From assembly GCA_048388685.1 (NCBI GenBank), contig DBGCTZ010000022.1, positions 21,382-85,381 of the forward strand: DNA of 64,000 bases. Reading direction: 5' to 3'. The first letter of the stretch is position 1, and each line of letters begins with the position of its first letter. Positions 29,179-39,363 of the stretch are shown piece by piece. Made by a program: the position numbers and the translations under genes. This stretch comes from Akkermansia sp. GTDB taxonomy: Bacteria > Verrucomicrobiota > Verrucomicrobiia > Verrucomicrobiales > Akkermansiaceae. Under the pieces are notes generated by a model. The model was not told where the DNA came from, did no database searches, and worked only from the letters and a program-made list of their open reading frames with translations.

Positions 29179-30027
29179 ATGAAACTTTTTTCCCTGTTCC
29201 CCGTCCTGTGCCTGTCCGTGGGCGTTGCCGCGCCAGGCGACGGCCCTCCGCCTGAAAAAACGGTTTCCGTGTCTCTTTTATCGGCTGCCAGTGAAACCTC
29301 CTGGGAGCCGGGGATGAAGAAAACGGAAAAGAAGTTCCAGGTGGCTCTGGGTTTTTCCATTCCCGCTCCCGGAAAAATCATCGGCTGCCGGAAGGAGGGC
29401 ATCCATCTGGATATGGGCGATTCCAGGGGGGCGGCCAGCGCTCCATCCGGCTATCAGGATTTCCTGGGTTCCGGCGATCCGGAACTGAGGATGGAGACGG
29501 CGCACTGGGTTCCTTCCCCGGAAGCCCGCTGGGTGAGCGTGAAGGGGAATGTTCCGCTCATCATCGCGGAAAAGGAGGCAATGTCGGAAGGGGTTCTTTT
29601 CTCCATGGAGAAGAACAAGGAGGAACTGCCCCTCGTTCTGAAAGGCGGCGGCCTGATGGACGACGGAGGGAAGGGAGACGTCAAAACCGTTCTGAACCTG
29701 GAATGGTCCCTGAACAAGGATTCCGGCAACATGGAGCTGAATGTGAAATTGAGCTCTCCCCGCATTCTGGGCATTGGCGGGGTAACGCTCATGAAGCCGG
29801 ACGGCACTCCCGTCATGGGAAGAAACTGGTGCACCAGCCACTCGCCCGGTTCCGGGGGGCGCTCTTCATGGGTGTGGGAGTGGGATTACAGGCTGGACGC
29901 CGGTGAACAGGGGAAGATACAGGTTTTTGTGAACTACATGACCGGCCTCCGGAAGCTGGATGTACCGGTGGATATGAAATTCGGCCTGTCCGGAATGGTC
30001 CGGGAAACTTCACGGGAGCAGCGATGA
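29179..30027 (+). CDS. Secreted hypothetical protein, paralogue array member A1
   Basis: Signal peptide; WVPSPEARWVSVKGNVP; C-terminal VNYMTGLRKLDVPVDMKFGLSG. Confidence 0.75.
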   Translation: MKLFSLFPVLCLSVGVAAPGDGPPPEKTVSVSLLSAASETSWEPGMKKTEKKFQVALGFSIPAPGKIIGCRKEGIHLDMGDSRGAASAPSGYQDFLGSGDPELRMETAHWVPSPEARWVSVKGNVPLIIAEKEAMSEGVLFSMEKNKEELPLVLKGGGLMDDGGKGDVKTVLNLEWSLNKDSGNMELNVKLSSPRILGIGGVTLMKPDGTPVMGRNWCTSHSPGSGGRSSWVWEWDYRLDAGEQGKIQVFVNYMTGLRKLDVPVDMKFGLSGMVRETSREQR

Positions 30028-30932
30028 GGCATGTGATGCGTTATTTATGGTGCGGCATCTGTGTTTGCCTTCCGCTGTGGCAGCCGTGCCGGGGTTCCGG
30101 CGGGGAGAAGAGGGCGGAAAAGGTGGAAGTTGCCTTTACGAGCGCAGGCCTGGAACGGAGTTCTGAAAATGGGGAGAGAAACGGGGATCTGCAATGGAAG
30201 TGCCGGGCCGTTCTTTTTATCCCTGAGCCCTGGGGTTTTGGAAACAGTTCCGTTGCGGCAAGACAATCCGTAGAGGTGTGGGACGCGGACGGAAGGGAAT
30301 TGGCCCCGGTGGAATTTTATCTGGGCTGGCTGAACCAGCAGAAGAAGGCAGGGGTGAGCTTTACGGAAATTCACGGTGAGGCGGCCCATCTGCCGCCTGC
30401 CGGCTGCACACGTGTCCGGATGAAGGGGGTCTTGAGGGTTCCCGTGGTGCGCCTGCTGGAAAGCCCTGTTTATGAACTCCCGTTGAGGCGGAGGGCTTCC
30501 GTTCTCATGCCGCTGCCGGGCCGGGAGGAGATCAATGCCGGGAGTGTGGATGATGTGGTGAAATCAAACGAGCTGCCCATGGGGGACCTTTTTATAAAAA
30601 AGCTTGAGTGGAAAAAGGTAGATGAGAAAAAGCGGATTGCCCTGGGTATTTGCCTGGACGCAAGTAATCTGTTTGAGCCGGAAGAATTCCAGCTTCTGGA
30701 CGAGAAGGGGGTGGTGATTGCCGGCATCCGTCCCAACAGGTCTGACATTGATGAAAAATCAAGAAGCTGGTCGGCTGATTTTACGTTCTCTCTCCCGGAA
30801 AAGATGGACCGGGAAAAATGCAGAGTCCGGTTGATTTATAAAACGGCGTCGGAGTACGTCACCGTTCCCGTGGACGCCTGGTTTGGGATAGGAGGAGAAA
30901 TACGGGAAGAGAAGAGGAGGAAGGCCAGGTAG
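30024..30932 (+). CDS. Secreted hypothetical protein, paralogue array member B1
   Basis: ATGA overlap with A1; DADGRELAPVEF, KGVLRVPV..LESPVYELPL, C-terminal YVTVPVDAWFGIGG. Confidence 0.75.
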   Translation: MRHVMRYLWCGICVCLPLWQPCRGSGGEKRAEKVEVAFTSAGLERSSENGERNGDLQWKCRAVLFIPEPWGFGNSSVAARQSVEVWDADGRELAPVEFYLGWLNQQKKAGVSFTEIHGEAAHLPPAGCTRVRMKGVLRVPVVRLLESPVYELPLRRRASVLMPLPGREEINAGSVDDVVKSNELPMGDLFIKKLEWKKVDEKKRIALGICLDASNLFEPEEFQLLDEKGVVIAGIRPNRSDIDEKSRSWSADFTFSLPEKMDREKCRVRLIYKTASEYVTVPVDAWFGIGGEIREEKRRKAR

Positions 30933-31035
30933 TGTTTTTGTTGAAATCAGGTCCCCGTTCTTTGATGGCCGGTCGTTTTCAACTTGTACTGCCCGGAGAA
31001 CCTGTTATGGTTGAAAAACCCCCAACCCCCTGCCT

Positions 31036-31902
31036 ATGTGTCATTATTGCCTGTCCTCCCTGGCCGTTCTCTGCCTGATGGCCGTTGCCGGAGCCGCTCC
31101 CGGAAAGGAGCGTCCTGAACAACCTGCCGTCTCCGTTTCCCTGGACGGATGGGAGACGAGCATGCAGGGGCTGTGGCCGTCCTCAGCTTCCAGCCGGTCA
31201 TTTTCCATGAAATTGAGCGTAACGGAAACGTCTTCTTTATGGAAAGTGGCTTACGTGGAGGAGGCCGGGAGTGAACTGGTCCTGACGGATTCAGAGGGGA
31301 GTTCTTCTGCCAAGGCCGCTTGCAGTTATAGCGCTACCTCCTCCCCGCTCCGGGGTCATAAAGCCGGAACCATTTTTTTGCGGGCGGATTCCTGGCTGCC
31401 TTCGGAAGGCGCCACATGGGTGGAAGCCGGGGGGAAGATGCCTTTTGTGGTCTACGGCGGTTCCGCCGTCTCGGAAAGCGTTGCGCTCAAGTTGACGGTG
31501 AAGGATTTCTCCGTTCCGCTGGTCCTCAAGAATGCCGGGGTGGACGGGAAGGACGTGAAGGTGGAGCTGAAAGGTTCCTATGACAGGGAGGAAGACGGCG
31601 GGAAAGCGCAGACGCTGAGGATAGTGATGTCTTCTTCCGTTCCGCTTTGTTTTCTGGGCTTTGAACTGTGCTCGCCGGACGGCTCTCCGCTGCTGGCGGA
31701 AGATTACGGCTCCAGCTTCGGAAGCTCCCCGGGGCATTATGAGTGGGAGCGGTATTTCCGGATGCAGGAAGACAGGATGGAAGAACTGAAGGTGTCCGTT
31801 ACCTATGCGGCGGGATTAAAAAAAATCATGGTTCCCGTCAGGATACGGTGCGGAATGTTTGGGGTGGAGGAACAACAGGATACGGAGGACAGGAGGAACT
31901 AA
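31036..31902 (+). CDS. Secreted hypothetical protein, paralogue array member A2
   Basis: Signal peptide ending AAPG as in A1; WLPSEGATWVEAGGKMP, PLVLKNAG, VTYAAGLKKIMVPVRIRCGMFG. Confidence 0.75.
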   Translation: MCHYCLSSLAVLCLMAVAGAAPGKERPEQPAVSVSLDGWETSMQGLWPSSASSRSFSMKLSVTETSSLWKVAYVEEAGSELVLTDSEGSSSAKAACSYSATSSPLRGHKAGTIFLRADSWLPSEGATWVEAGGKMPFVVYGGSAVSESVALKLTVKDFSVPLVLKNAGVDGKDVKVELKGSYDREEDGGKAQTLRIVMSSSVPLCFLGFELCSPDGSPLLAEDYGSSFGSSPGHYEWERYFRMQEDRMEELKVSVTYAAGLKKIMVPVRIRCGMFGVEEQQDTEDRRN

Positions 31903-31903
31903 C

Positions 31904-32809
31904 ATGAGCAGCCTGAACATGATTTATATCCGGGCGCTGTTGTGTGCGGCCATGGTTTCAGGAATGGCTGCATGGGGCGCGGGGAAGCCGGAAGGGAAAA
32001 ACCCGGTGAAGGTTGTGTTTGCCTTCATCGGCATGGAGAAAGACAGGATATGGATGAACGGACAGCCGCAGGAATCCGGGCTGAAGCTGAAGTTCGTCGT
32101 GAACTTCATCGTCAGGAAGCCATTGGGTTTTTTAAGCCGGTATAATGACAGCCTCCAGTATCTGGAGGCCACGGATTCAACAGGCAGGAAACTGGCTCCT
32201 GTGGAATTTGAGATGGGCAGCATGTACCCGCGGAGTGAAAAGGGTATCGTGCAGGTCTCCGTCAACGGAGTTGCCGGAGAATTTCCTTCCCCAGGCGCCT
32301 CCTGGGTTCGGTTGAAGGGCGTTTTCCGCGTGCCCGTCTCCCTCTCCATGAAGAGCCCGGTTTATGAGCTGCCTCTGGAGAAGGGAGCTGAAATACATGC
32401 CCCGCTGCCCGGGAACGATGACCGGGAGGAAGCCGCAGGCGGGGACATCGTCCTCCCTGAAAGTGCGCCCGCAGGGAGGTTTTTCCTTGAAGAATGCCGT
32501 GCGTTTGAAAGGAATGGGAAGAAAATGATGGAAGTGGAACTGGGGCTGGAGGTGGAAAGCCCTTTTGATCTGGACCACTTTGAAATCCTGAATGAGAAGG
32601 ATGAAGCGCTGGAGGCTGACGAGAGGGGCGGGGGCTCCAGCATGAGTTCCATGTCCAGGTCCTGGACAAAACGCCTGCAATTTGAAGCCCCGGAGAATTT
32701 CCAAAAGCTCAGGTTCCGGATGATTTACAACGTTCCGCAGGAACCCGTTGCCGTGCCTGTGGATGTCAGGATGGGAATGAGGGGAGAGATCGGGGACAGG
32801 AAAAAGTGA
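31904..32809 (+). CDS. Secreted hypothetical protein, paralogue array member B2
   Basis: Starts 1 nt after the A2 stop with an AGGAGG SD; DSTGRKLAPVEF, LKGVFRVPV..MKSPVYELPL, VAVPVDVRMGMRG. Confidence 0.75.
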   Translation: MSSLNMIYIRALLCAAMVSGMAAWGAGKPEGKNPVKVVFAFIGMEKDRIWMNGQPQESGLKLKFVVNFIVRKPLGFLSRYNDSLQYLEATDSTGRKLAPVEFEMGSMYPRSEKGIVQVSVNGVAGEFPSPGASWVRLKGVFRVPVSLSMKSPVYELPLEKGAEIHAPLPGNDDREEAAGGDIVLPESAPAGRFFLEECRAFERNGKKMMEVELGLEVESPFDLDHFEILNEKDEALEADERGGGSSMSSMSRSWTKRLQFEAPENFQKLRFRMIYNVPQEPVAVPVDVRMGMRGEIGDRKK

Positions 32810-32899
32810 CGGAACCGCGCCCGCAGGCGTCTTGGTGGTTCTATTTGCTTGCGTTGGCGGTTAAGCGGGTTACATTGGCTTCACCCTCTGCCTTTTGTG

Positions 32900-33754
32900 A
32901 TGTTTCGTTTATTATTGATGATGCTGCCTGCGGCGTGCATGGCGGGAGCGCTGCATGCGGAGACCCCCTCCCGTCCCCGCGTGAAGGAGAGTTTTTACAG
33001 CCTTCAGTTCCAGTATGGGGAGCTGGGAGATTCCGGAGCCTCCCCCAGGCTCCATATTCAGTGGAACCTGAGGCTCCGGTGTGACCCGCCCTGGCGTGTG
33101 GCATAGGTGCGCCAGGACGGAGACAAGCCGGAAATGGCGGATTCCCGGGGAACCCGTTTGCCGAATGCTCCGCTGTCTTTCTGCACGGCGGAGAACCGCG
33201 ACAAGTCTGCCGTGTTCCGGGCAAACCTCCATATTTGGGAGAGAAATGGAGGCCAGCCCCCCGCTCCACGTGGATGTCCGTGGTGGGCCGCGTGCCTGTA
33301 GCCGTGTCCTGTTCGGAAAAACTCACGCTCTCTCTGAAAAATGGGGAGAAGGCGTCCGTGGTGCTGAAGGGCGCCGCCCTGGGGAAGGAGAGTGACGTGC
33401 GCGCCGCCGTTACGGTGGAACGCTGCCATCCGGACCGCTGGAAGGGCCGGGAAGGGATGGCGGCTGTTATCCGGGTGAAGATCCCGTGCCTTGGGGAATC
33501 AAGGAGCGGGAGTTTTTTACGGAGGACGGACAGCCGGCTGATGTTTCCAAATTTTACGAGGCGTTCAATGGCAGCTACGGCCAGTATTACTGGCTGCAAA
33601 ACATCTGGATGAGCACGGAAAACAAGGATCGGTTCCAGATGGCCGTCAACTATGCGGACGGCTTGCAGGAGGTGACGGTGCCCGTGTCCTTCAAGGCGGC
33701 CATGGGCGGCATCCTGGCGCCGGGGGGGAAGAAAAGAAGGAGGAAGAAGAATGA
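32900..33754 (+). pseudogene. Disrupted third A-type paralogue (A3)
   Basis: Signal peptide from ATG 32900; in-frame TAG at 33104-33106 (WRVA*V versus WKVAYV in A2); homology continues in shifted frames from about 33240 (WRPAPRSTWMSVVGRVP, VVLKGA) and about 33485 (VNYADGLQEVTVPVSFKAAMGG). Confidence 0.75.
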
Positions 33755-34242
33755 TGAAAACAGCCGTGCTGATTTGCTGGATGGCCTGTTCCGGCCCGGG
33801 CGCCCTTGCCGGTGATGGCGGTCATGATCAGAACGTTCCCGTAGAGGTGGGTCTCAGGAGCATGGAAATCAGTTGCAGGGAGTCCGGAGGGGAGGATGAG
33901 CAGGCGGTAGCGGGAGATTTAGAAATAGAGGAACTGCTGGTGAAGGTTTCACGCCGCTGGGGGGAGAGGTGGCTGCTGGAAGTCATGCTGTGGAATGACA
34001 AGGACTACCGGATTGCCGCCTGGGAGCTGATGGACGGAGATGGAAAACCATTAAAGACAAGCTACGTCAACGACATCGTGTCCGGAGATCCCGAATGCCC
34101 CGGAACCGGGCAATACATGACGGTGGATGCCAACACGGGCCTCAGCAAGCTGAAAATCAGGCTATACTACCGGGAAGACATGGGCACGGTCTCCCTTCCG
34201 GTGGACATGAAGATGGGGCTGGACGGAACCGTCCGGGAATAG
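33751..34242 (+). CDS. Internally shortened B-type paralogue (B3), possibly a pseudogene
   Basis: Signal peptide and first strand (VEVGLRSME) join directly to the second-half motifs (GDLEIEE, ELMDGDGKP, KIRLYY..VSLPVDMKMGLDG); 163 aa versus about 300 aa for B1/B2. Confidence 0.65.
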   Translation: MMKTAVLICWMACSGPGALAGDGGHDQNVPVEVGLRSMEISCRESGGEDEQAVAGDLEIEELLVKVSRRWGERWLLEVMLWNDKDYRIAAWELMDGDGKPLKTSYVNDIVSGDPECPGTGQYMTVDANTGLSKLKIRLYYREDMGTVSLPVDMKMGLDGTVRE

Positions 34243-34250
34243 GGCGCGCG

Positions 34251-35000
34251 TTACAGCACCTTGGAGAAGAATTCCTTCAGCCTGGGGTTGGAGGGATGGT
34301 CAATGAGCTGGGACGGAGGTCCTTCTTCCACGATTTTTCCCTTGTCCATGAACAGGATGCGGGAGGCCACCTCGCGCGCAAAACCTATTTCATGGGTGAC
34401 CACCACCATGGTTAGCCCTCCCTGCGCCAGGTCCTTCATCAGGGAGAGCACTTCTCCCACCATTTCCGGGTCCAGGGCGGACGTCGGCTCGTCAAACAGG
34501 ATGACGTCCGGATTCATGACCAGCGCGCGCACGATGGCGATGCGCTGCTTCTGTCCCCCGGAAAGCTGGAGGGGATAGGAGTCCCGCTTGTCATACAGGC
34601 CGATGCGCCGGAGCAGGGTTTCCGCCTGTTCCACGGCTTCCTTCCTGGTGGATCGCCCCGTTTTGACGGGAGCGATGGTGATGTTTTCCAGAATGGTCAG
34701 GTGCGGGAACAGGTTGAAGTGCTGGAAGACCATGCCCACGTGCTGGCGGAATTTGTTGACGTCCGCATGGGGGGCCGTGATCAGTTCCCCCTTGAAGCGG
34801 ATTTCCCCGGAGGTGGGTTCTTCCAGCAGGTTCAGGCAGCGCAGGAAGGTGCTTTTTCCGGAGCCGGAAGGGCCTACGATGAAGACCACTTCCCCCTGGC
34901 GAATCTGCGTGGTGACGTCATTTACCGCCTGCACGGCGTTGAATTCCTTCACCAGATGGCTGATCTGGAACATGGGCGCGTTCCCGGGCTGTTCATTCAT
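34251..35000 (-). CDS. Polar amino-acid ABC transporter ATP-binding protein (GlnQ-like)
   Basis: [31 protein letters not shown] and VTHE motifs. Confidence 0.95.
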   Translation of the reverse strand: MNEQPGNAPMFQISHLVKEFNAVQAVNDVTTQIRQGEVVFIVGPSGSGKSTFLRCLNLLEEPTSGEIRFKGELITAPHADVNKFRQHVGMVFQHFNLFPHLTILENITIAPVKTGRSTRKEAVEQAETLLRRIGLYDKRDSYPLQLSGGQKQRIAIVRALVMNPDVILFDEPTSALDPEMVGEVLSLMKDLAQGGLTMVVVTHEIGFAREVASRILFMDKGKIVEEGPPSQLIDHPSNPRLKEFFSKVL

Positions 35001-36477
35001 TGTTTTTCAGTCTCCTTTCCAGTTTGCCGAGCAGCCAGCTGAACAGCATGACCACGGAGAGGTAAATCAGCGCTACCGCCGTCAGGGGCATGAAGGCCGT
35101 GTAAGTCTGGCTGCGGATGATGTCCCCGCCCTTGGTCAGGTCCTGAAGGGCAATGTAGCCGGAGACGCTGGTTTCCTTCAGCAGCACGATGAACTCGTTC
35201 CCCAGCGCGGGAAGCACGTTTTTAAAGGCCTGGGGCAGGATGATGAAAATCATGGTCTGGGCGTACCCCAGGCCCAGGCTGCGCCCGGCTTCAAACTGCC
35301 CCTTGTCAATGGACATGATGCCGCCGCGGATGATTTCCGCCACGTACGCGCCGGAGTTGAAGCCGAAGGCCACCACGGCCACCAGCACCTTGCTGACGTC
35401 CACCGTGCCGAAGATCACAAAGTAGATGATCAGCAATTGCACCACCACCGGAGTGCCGCGGATCACCGTCAGGTACAGCTTGCACAGGGCGTTCAGGAAG
35501 CGCAGGTTGCCCGTCTTGTCGTGCGTGGCGCGGATGACGGCCACCACAAAGCCCATCAGGATGCCCAGCAGAACGGAGAAGAAGGAGACCTCCAGCGTGA
35601 TCAGGAAGCCGTTGGCCAGGTACTTCCAGCGTCCTTCCTGCATGAAGTTGACGTCAAAGGAATCCTTCAGGTCCAGCCACATGTTTTCCAGCCAGCTTTC
35701 CCCGGCGGCGCGTTTTCCGGCTCCCGCGGCGGATTTCACCTGCATGGCCGCGTACCTGGCCCGTATTTCCTCCAGCGTGCCGGAGGCTTTCAGGTCCGCA
35801 ATGGCGCTGTTGATGTTCCGGAGGAGTTCCGGATTTCCCTTGCGGACGGCAATGGCGTAGCTCTCGGAAGTGAGGGGCTCGGGCAGGATTTCCAGCCGGT
35901 CGTTGCCCGCCGCGTACATCCTGGCCGGGTCCTGGTCGATCACGGCCGCGTCCACCTTGCCGGAAGCCACGGCTGCCACGGCCAGCGCTCCGTTCGGGAA
36001 CCGTTCCGGCTGCTGGATGTTCCGGGTGACGTAGGTGTCTCCCGTGGCTCCGTGCTGTACGCCTATTCTCCTGCCGCGGATGTCGTCCCTGCTCCGGATG
36101 GGGGAGCCTTTGGGGACGATGATGACCTGCGCCGCCTCCATGTAGGGAATGGAAAAGTCCACCTTTCCCAGGCGTTCCGGAGTGACCGTGATGCCGGAGG
36201 CCGCCACGTCCGCCTTTCCGGAAACCACCGCCGTAATCACGGAGTCAAAGCTCATGTCCTCAATGACCAGTTCCCTGCCGGTGCGCCGGGCCACTTCCCG
36301 CATGATTTCCGGGTCAATGCCCATGATGGTGTTCCCCTCCCAGAATTCGTAGGGCGGGAAGGTGGCCTCCGTGACCATCAGGATTTTGCCGTTTTCCACT
36401 GCTCCCGCGCCGGAGCACAGGAGGAGCCAGCCCGTCAGGAGGACTCCTAGGTAGTTCAGAAAGGGAGGGAAAGGCAT
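34993..36477 (-). CDS. Polar amino-acid ABC transporter, fused substrate-binding protein and permease
   Basis: SBP_bac_3 motifs ([23 protein letters not shown]) followed by permease motifs [10 protein letters not shown] and [19 protein letters not shown]. Confidence 0.93.
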   Translation of the reverse strand: MPFPPFLNYLGVLLTGWLLLCSGAGAVENGKILMVTEATFPPYEFWEGNTIMGIDPEIMREVARRTGRELVIEDMSFDSVITAVVSGKADVAASGITVTPERLGKVDFSIPYMEAAQVIIVPKGSPIRSRDDIRGRRIGVQHGATGDTYVTRNIQQPERFPNGALAVAAVASGKVDAAVIDQDPARMYAAGNDRLEILPEPLTSESYAIAVRKGNPELLRNINSAIADLKASGTLEEIRARYAAMQVKSAAGAGKRAAGESWLENMWLDLKDSFDVNFMQEGRWKYLANGFLITLEVSFFSVLLGILMGFVVAVIRATHDKTGNLRFLNALCKLYLTVIRGTPVVVQLLIIYFVIFGTVDVSKVLVAVVAFGFNSGAYVAEIIRGGIMSIDKGQFEAGRSLGLGYAQTMIFIILPQAFKNVLPALGNEFIVLLKETSVSGYIALQDLTKGGDIIRSQTYTAFMPLTAVALIYLSVVMLFSWLLGKLERRLKNNE

Positions 36478-36680
36478 GGCATGTAAAGGAGGGAAAACAG
36501 CGGCGGCTGAACCGGTGGGATATATGATTTACCTGCCCGGAACGCAATAAAAAATAGCTGCGGCCAGGGTCATTTTAACTTCCGTGCCGGCAGGGAAAGC
36601 CCATGAATACCGTGTTTCTGTTATTAAGGGGCAAAACGCCTTGTGCGCGGCAGCAGGGGGCATGACAGGAAATGAGCCGT

Positions 36681-36709
36681 TTGACTTTTTCACCAGCGGA
36701 TATTAGGAT
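36681..36709 (+). promoter_or_regulatory. Candidate sigma70 promoter for alkC
   Basis: TTGACT, 17 bp spacer, TAGGAT. Confidence 0.5.
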
Positions 36710-36803
36710 GATGGAAAATCAGGCGGACTTGAAAGATGGCGTCAGCCGTAAAAATACATGATGCTGATCCATGGCCGCCTGTTGGCTTGTGAAGGAAAAA
36801 CCC

Positions 36804-37907
36804 ATGCCGGAATTACTGAAAAACAGGTTTAATCACGAATCGCTTCACGAACTGGCGTTGCGTATCAGGGCCGTTGATCATTTGTTCCGGGTTGATGATT
36901 TTATCAGCGGCATCATGGATGAAACATGGGACGGGTTGGGGCTGAAAGCCCGCATGCGGCAGATTGCCATCCATTTGGGAAGGCATTTGCCGGCTGATTA
37001 TGGACAGGCGCTTGGCGTCATTGACAAGGTCGTCGCGGGATGTCCTTCAGGACTGAATGATTTTACGTTCATGTGCTTCTCGGATTTTGTGGAAGTCTAC
37101 GGGCAGGATGAACGCCACTGGGAGCTGTCCATGGCGGCCCTGGAAAGGTATACTCCCTTCTCCTCTTCCGAGTTTGCCGTGAGGCCGTTCATCATCAATC
37201 ATGAAGAGCGTATGATGCGGCAGATGGCCGCCTGGGCACGGCATGACCATGAGCATGTCCGGAGGCTTGCCAGCGAGGGATGCCGCCCTCAACTGCCATG
37301 GGGACAGGCATTGACCAGCTTTAAAAAGGACCCGTCTCCGGTTCTTCGCATTTTGGAGCAGTTGAAAGCCGATCCTTCGCCGTACGTCCGTAAAAGCGTG
37401 GCCAATAACCTGAACGATATTTCAAAAACACACCCTGACCTGGTTGCGGAAATAGCAAGGGATTGGTACGGAAAAAACAGGCATACTGACTGGATTGTAA
37501 AGCACGGGTGCAGGACGCTTCTTAAAAAGGGCCGCGGGGATGTGCTGGGCCTCTTCGGGCTGGCGGATGCCGGCTGCGTGCATGTGGACGGCTTCGCGCT
37601 GGGTTCTCCGTCCGTCTCCATTGGGGAGGAGATGACCTTTTCCTTTAGGATTGAGGCGAAAAAGGCAACCAGGGTACGGCTGGAATATGGCATTGATTAT
37701 GTGAAGGCAAACGGCAGGCGTAACCGCAAGATATTTCAAATATCCGAGCTTTCCCTGAAGGAAAACGGGAAGAAGCCCTACACCAGACGCCATTCCTTTG
37801 CAGATGCAAGCACCAGGAAGCATTACCCCGGCATCCATTCGGTTACGCTTATGGTGAACGGCGTTGAGCGGGGGACGCTGGATGTTGAGGTGCTGGCCCC
37901 TGAATAG
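36804..37907 (+). CDS. alkC: AlkC-family (HEAT-repeat) DNA alkylation repair glycosylase with a C-terminal Ig-like domain
   Basis: SSEFAVRPF, HVRRLASEGCRPQLPW, YVRKSVANNLNDISKTHP and WIVKHGCRTLLK motifs; beta-rich tail ending TRKHYPG.H...VNG. Confidence 0.85.
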   Translation: MPELLKNRFNHESLHELALRIRAVDHLFRVDDFISGIMDETWDGLGLKARMRQIAIHLGRHLPADYGQALGVIDKVVAGCPSGLNDFTFMCFSDFVEVYGQDERHWELSMAALERYTPFSSSEFAVRPFIINHEERMMRQMAAWARHDHEHVRRLASEGCRPQLPWGQALTSFKKDPSPVLRILEQLKADPSPYVRKSVANNLNDISKTHPDLVAEIARDWYGKNRHTDWIVKHGCRTLLKKGRGDVLGLFGLADAGCVHVDGFALGSPSVSIGEEMTFSFRIEAKKATRVRLEYGIDYVKANGRRNRKIFQISELSLKENGKKPYTRRHSFADASTRKHYPGIHSVTLMVNGVERGTLDVEVLAPE

Positions 37908-38050
37908 TCCGTTCCGGGCAGGGCGGCAGAGACGTTTTCCCTGGGGTCCCGGTAGTGGTTTTACCGGGCAGGCTCCATTGATTTAAGTTGCCTTTCGTGC
38001 CTAGTCCGGTGGACGCAGGGAGTGCAGGAAGGCTCCGGCCCGGAACGGGG

Positions 38051-39121
38051 TCAGCGCACCAGCCTCAGGATAATCCTGCGCAGGCGGTAGGCGATTTTTT
38101 TCAGGAAGGTATGGCGGCTGAGCTCCGCGTAGGCCGCCGCGGCGTCATTCCGGCGCATGGCGGAAAAGAAGGCGTCATTAAAGGACGGGTGGGCTTCCAG
38201 CGCCCGGCGCCAGATGGCGCTGCCGTTCAGCTTGTCAAGCGCCTCCGGCATGGTGCTGTCCGTCAGCTTTCCGGAGACGGCCACGGTAGCCAGAAAACTG
38301 CGGACGTTGTTCAGGAAGGCCCCCAGTTCGCTTTTTTTCCAATCTTCCCGGTCCGTCATGGTCAGTTTGGCGGAGTGGAGGAGCAGCATGTCGTCAAACA
38401 GGGAGAGGGACAGGTTGCCCGTCACTCCCCCGAACTTGTAAATGTACACTTCTTTTGCCAGCACGGCGATCCGTTCCGCCGCGGGGAAGACCTGAAGGTT
38501 GAACAGCTGGTCTTCCGCGTACCTCAGCCCACTGGGGGCCGGACGGTTGTTCAGCAGGAATTCCCGCCGGTACAGCTTGATGCACATTTTCCCGTACGTG
38601 TAGAAGAGGCCGTGCCGGTCCATGCCGAAGAAGCCGGAATAGTAGGAGAAAAGGAACTCTTCCCTTTCCACCACCCGGCTGTGCGGAATATGGCCGTCTT
38701 TCCGCCGGAACAGGCCGAAGCGGTCCAGGTGGCGCACGTAGTCTCCGATGACGACGTCCGCCCGTTCCCGGACGGCCATCCGGGCCATGGCTTCCACGCT
38801 GTCCGGAAAAATGGCGTCATCCCCGTCCACAAACATGACGTACTCTCCCGCCGCCGCGTCCATGCCGGCGTAGCGTGCGGCGTCCACGCCCGCGTTGCTC
38901 TGGCTGATGACCCTGATGCCGGGATGCCGTGCCGCGTAAGCATTCAGGATATGTTCCGTGCCGTCCGTGGAACCGTCATTGACCAGAATGATTTCCAGCG
39001 GGGACCAGGTCTGGGCCAGCAGGCTGTCCAGGCACGCGGAGACGCACGTTTCCAGGTTGTACACGGGGACGATGATGCTGACGAGGGGGAACTCCGGAGT
39101 TGGTGGCAAGTGAGGCTGCAT
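38051..39121 (-). CDS. GT2 glycosyltransferase, divergent from the capsule operon
   Basis: VSIIVPVYN, ILVNDGSTD, FVDGDD, KLYRR and ED..FN motifs. Confidence 0.9.
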   Translation of the reverse strand: MQPHLPPTPEFPLVSIIVPVYNLETCVSACLDSLLAQTWSPLEIILVNDGSTDGTEHILNAYAARHPGIRVISQSNAGVDAARYAGMDAAAGEYVMFVDGDDAIFPDSVEAMARMAVRERADVVIGDYVRHLDRFGLFRRKDGHIPHSRVVEREEFLFSYYSGFFGMDRHGLFYTYGKMCIKLYRREFLLNNRPAPSGLRYAEDQLFNLQVFPAAERIAVLAKEVYIYKFGGVTGNLSLSLFDDMLLLHSAKLTMTDREDWKKSELGAFLNNVRSFLATVAVSGKLTDSTMPEALDKLNGSAIWRRALEAHPSFNDAFFSAMRRNDAAAAYAELSRHTFLKKIAYRLRRIILRLVR

Positions 39122-39363
39122 GGTGCCGATGGTCCTGATGATGGTATAAGCTCCGCAGCCATGATGATGGTGCCTGTCTGGCACGAAAGTAAAGAACATG
39201 GCCCGGACCGGAGGGAACGATAGGCCATCCGGCCCCGTCAAACAATGCTGAAAAACTGTTTTCTGAATTGTCGGATAGTATGTATCATTTGCTATTTTCT
39301 TCACATTCAATATGTAACGATGTATGAAAGAAAAAGCGTTTTTTAAAGGACCAAATATAAGAC

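Noticed and set aside
34993..36477. Substrate-binding protein fused to permease
   Set aside because: A well-known architecture for polar amino-acid ABC transporters.
37992..39189. 10-bp inverted match CTTTCGTGCC/GGCACGAAAG flanking the divergent GT2 gene
   Set aside because: Too short to distinguish from chance and lacks recombinase-site architecture.
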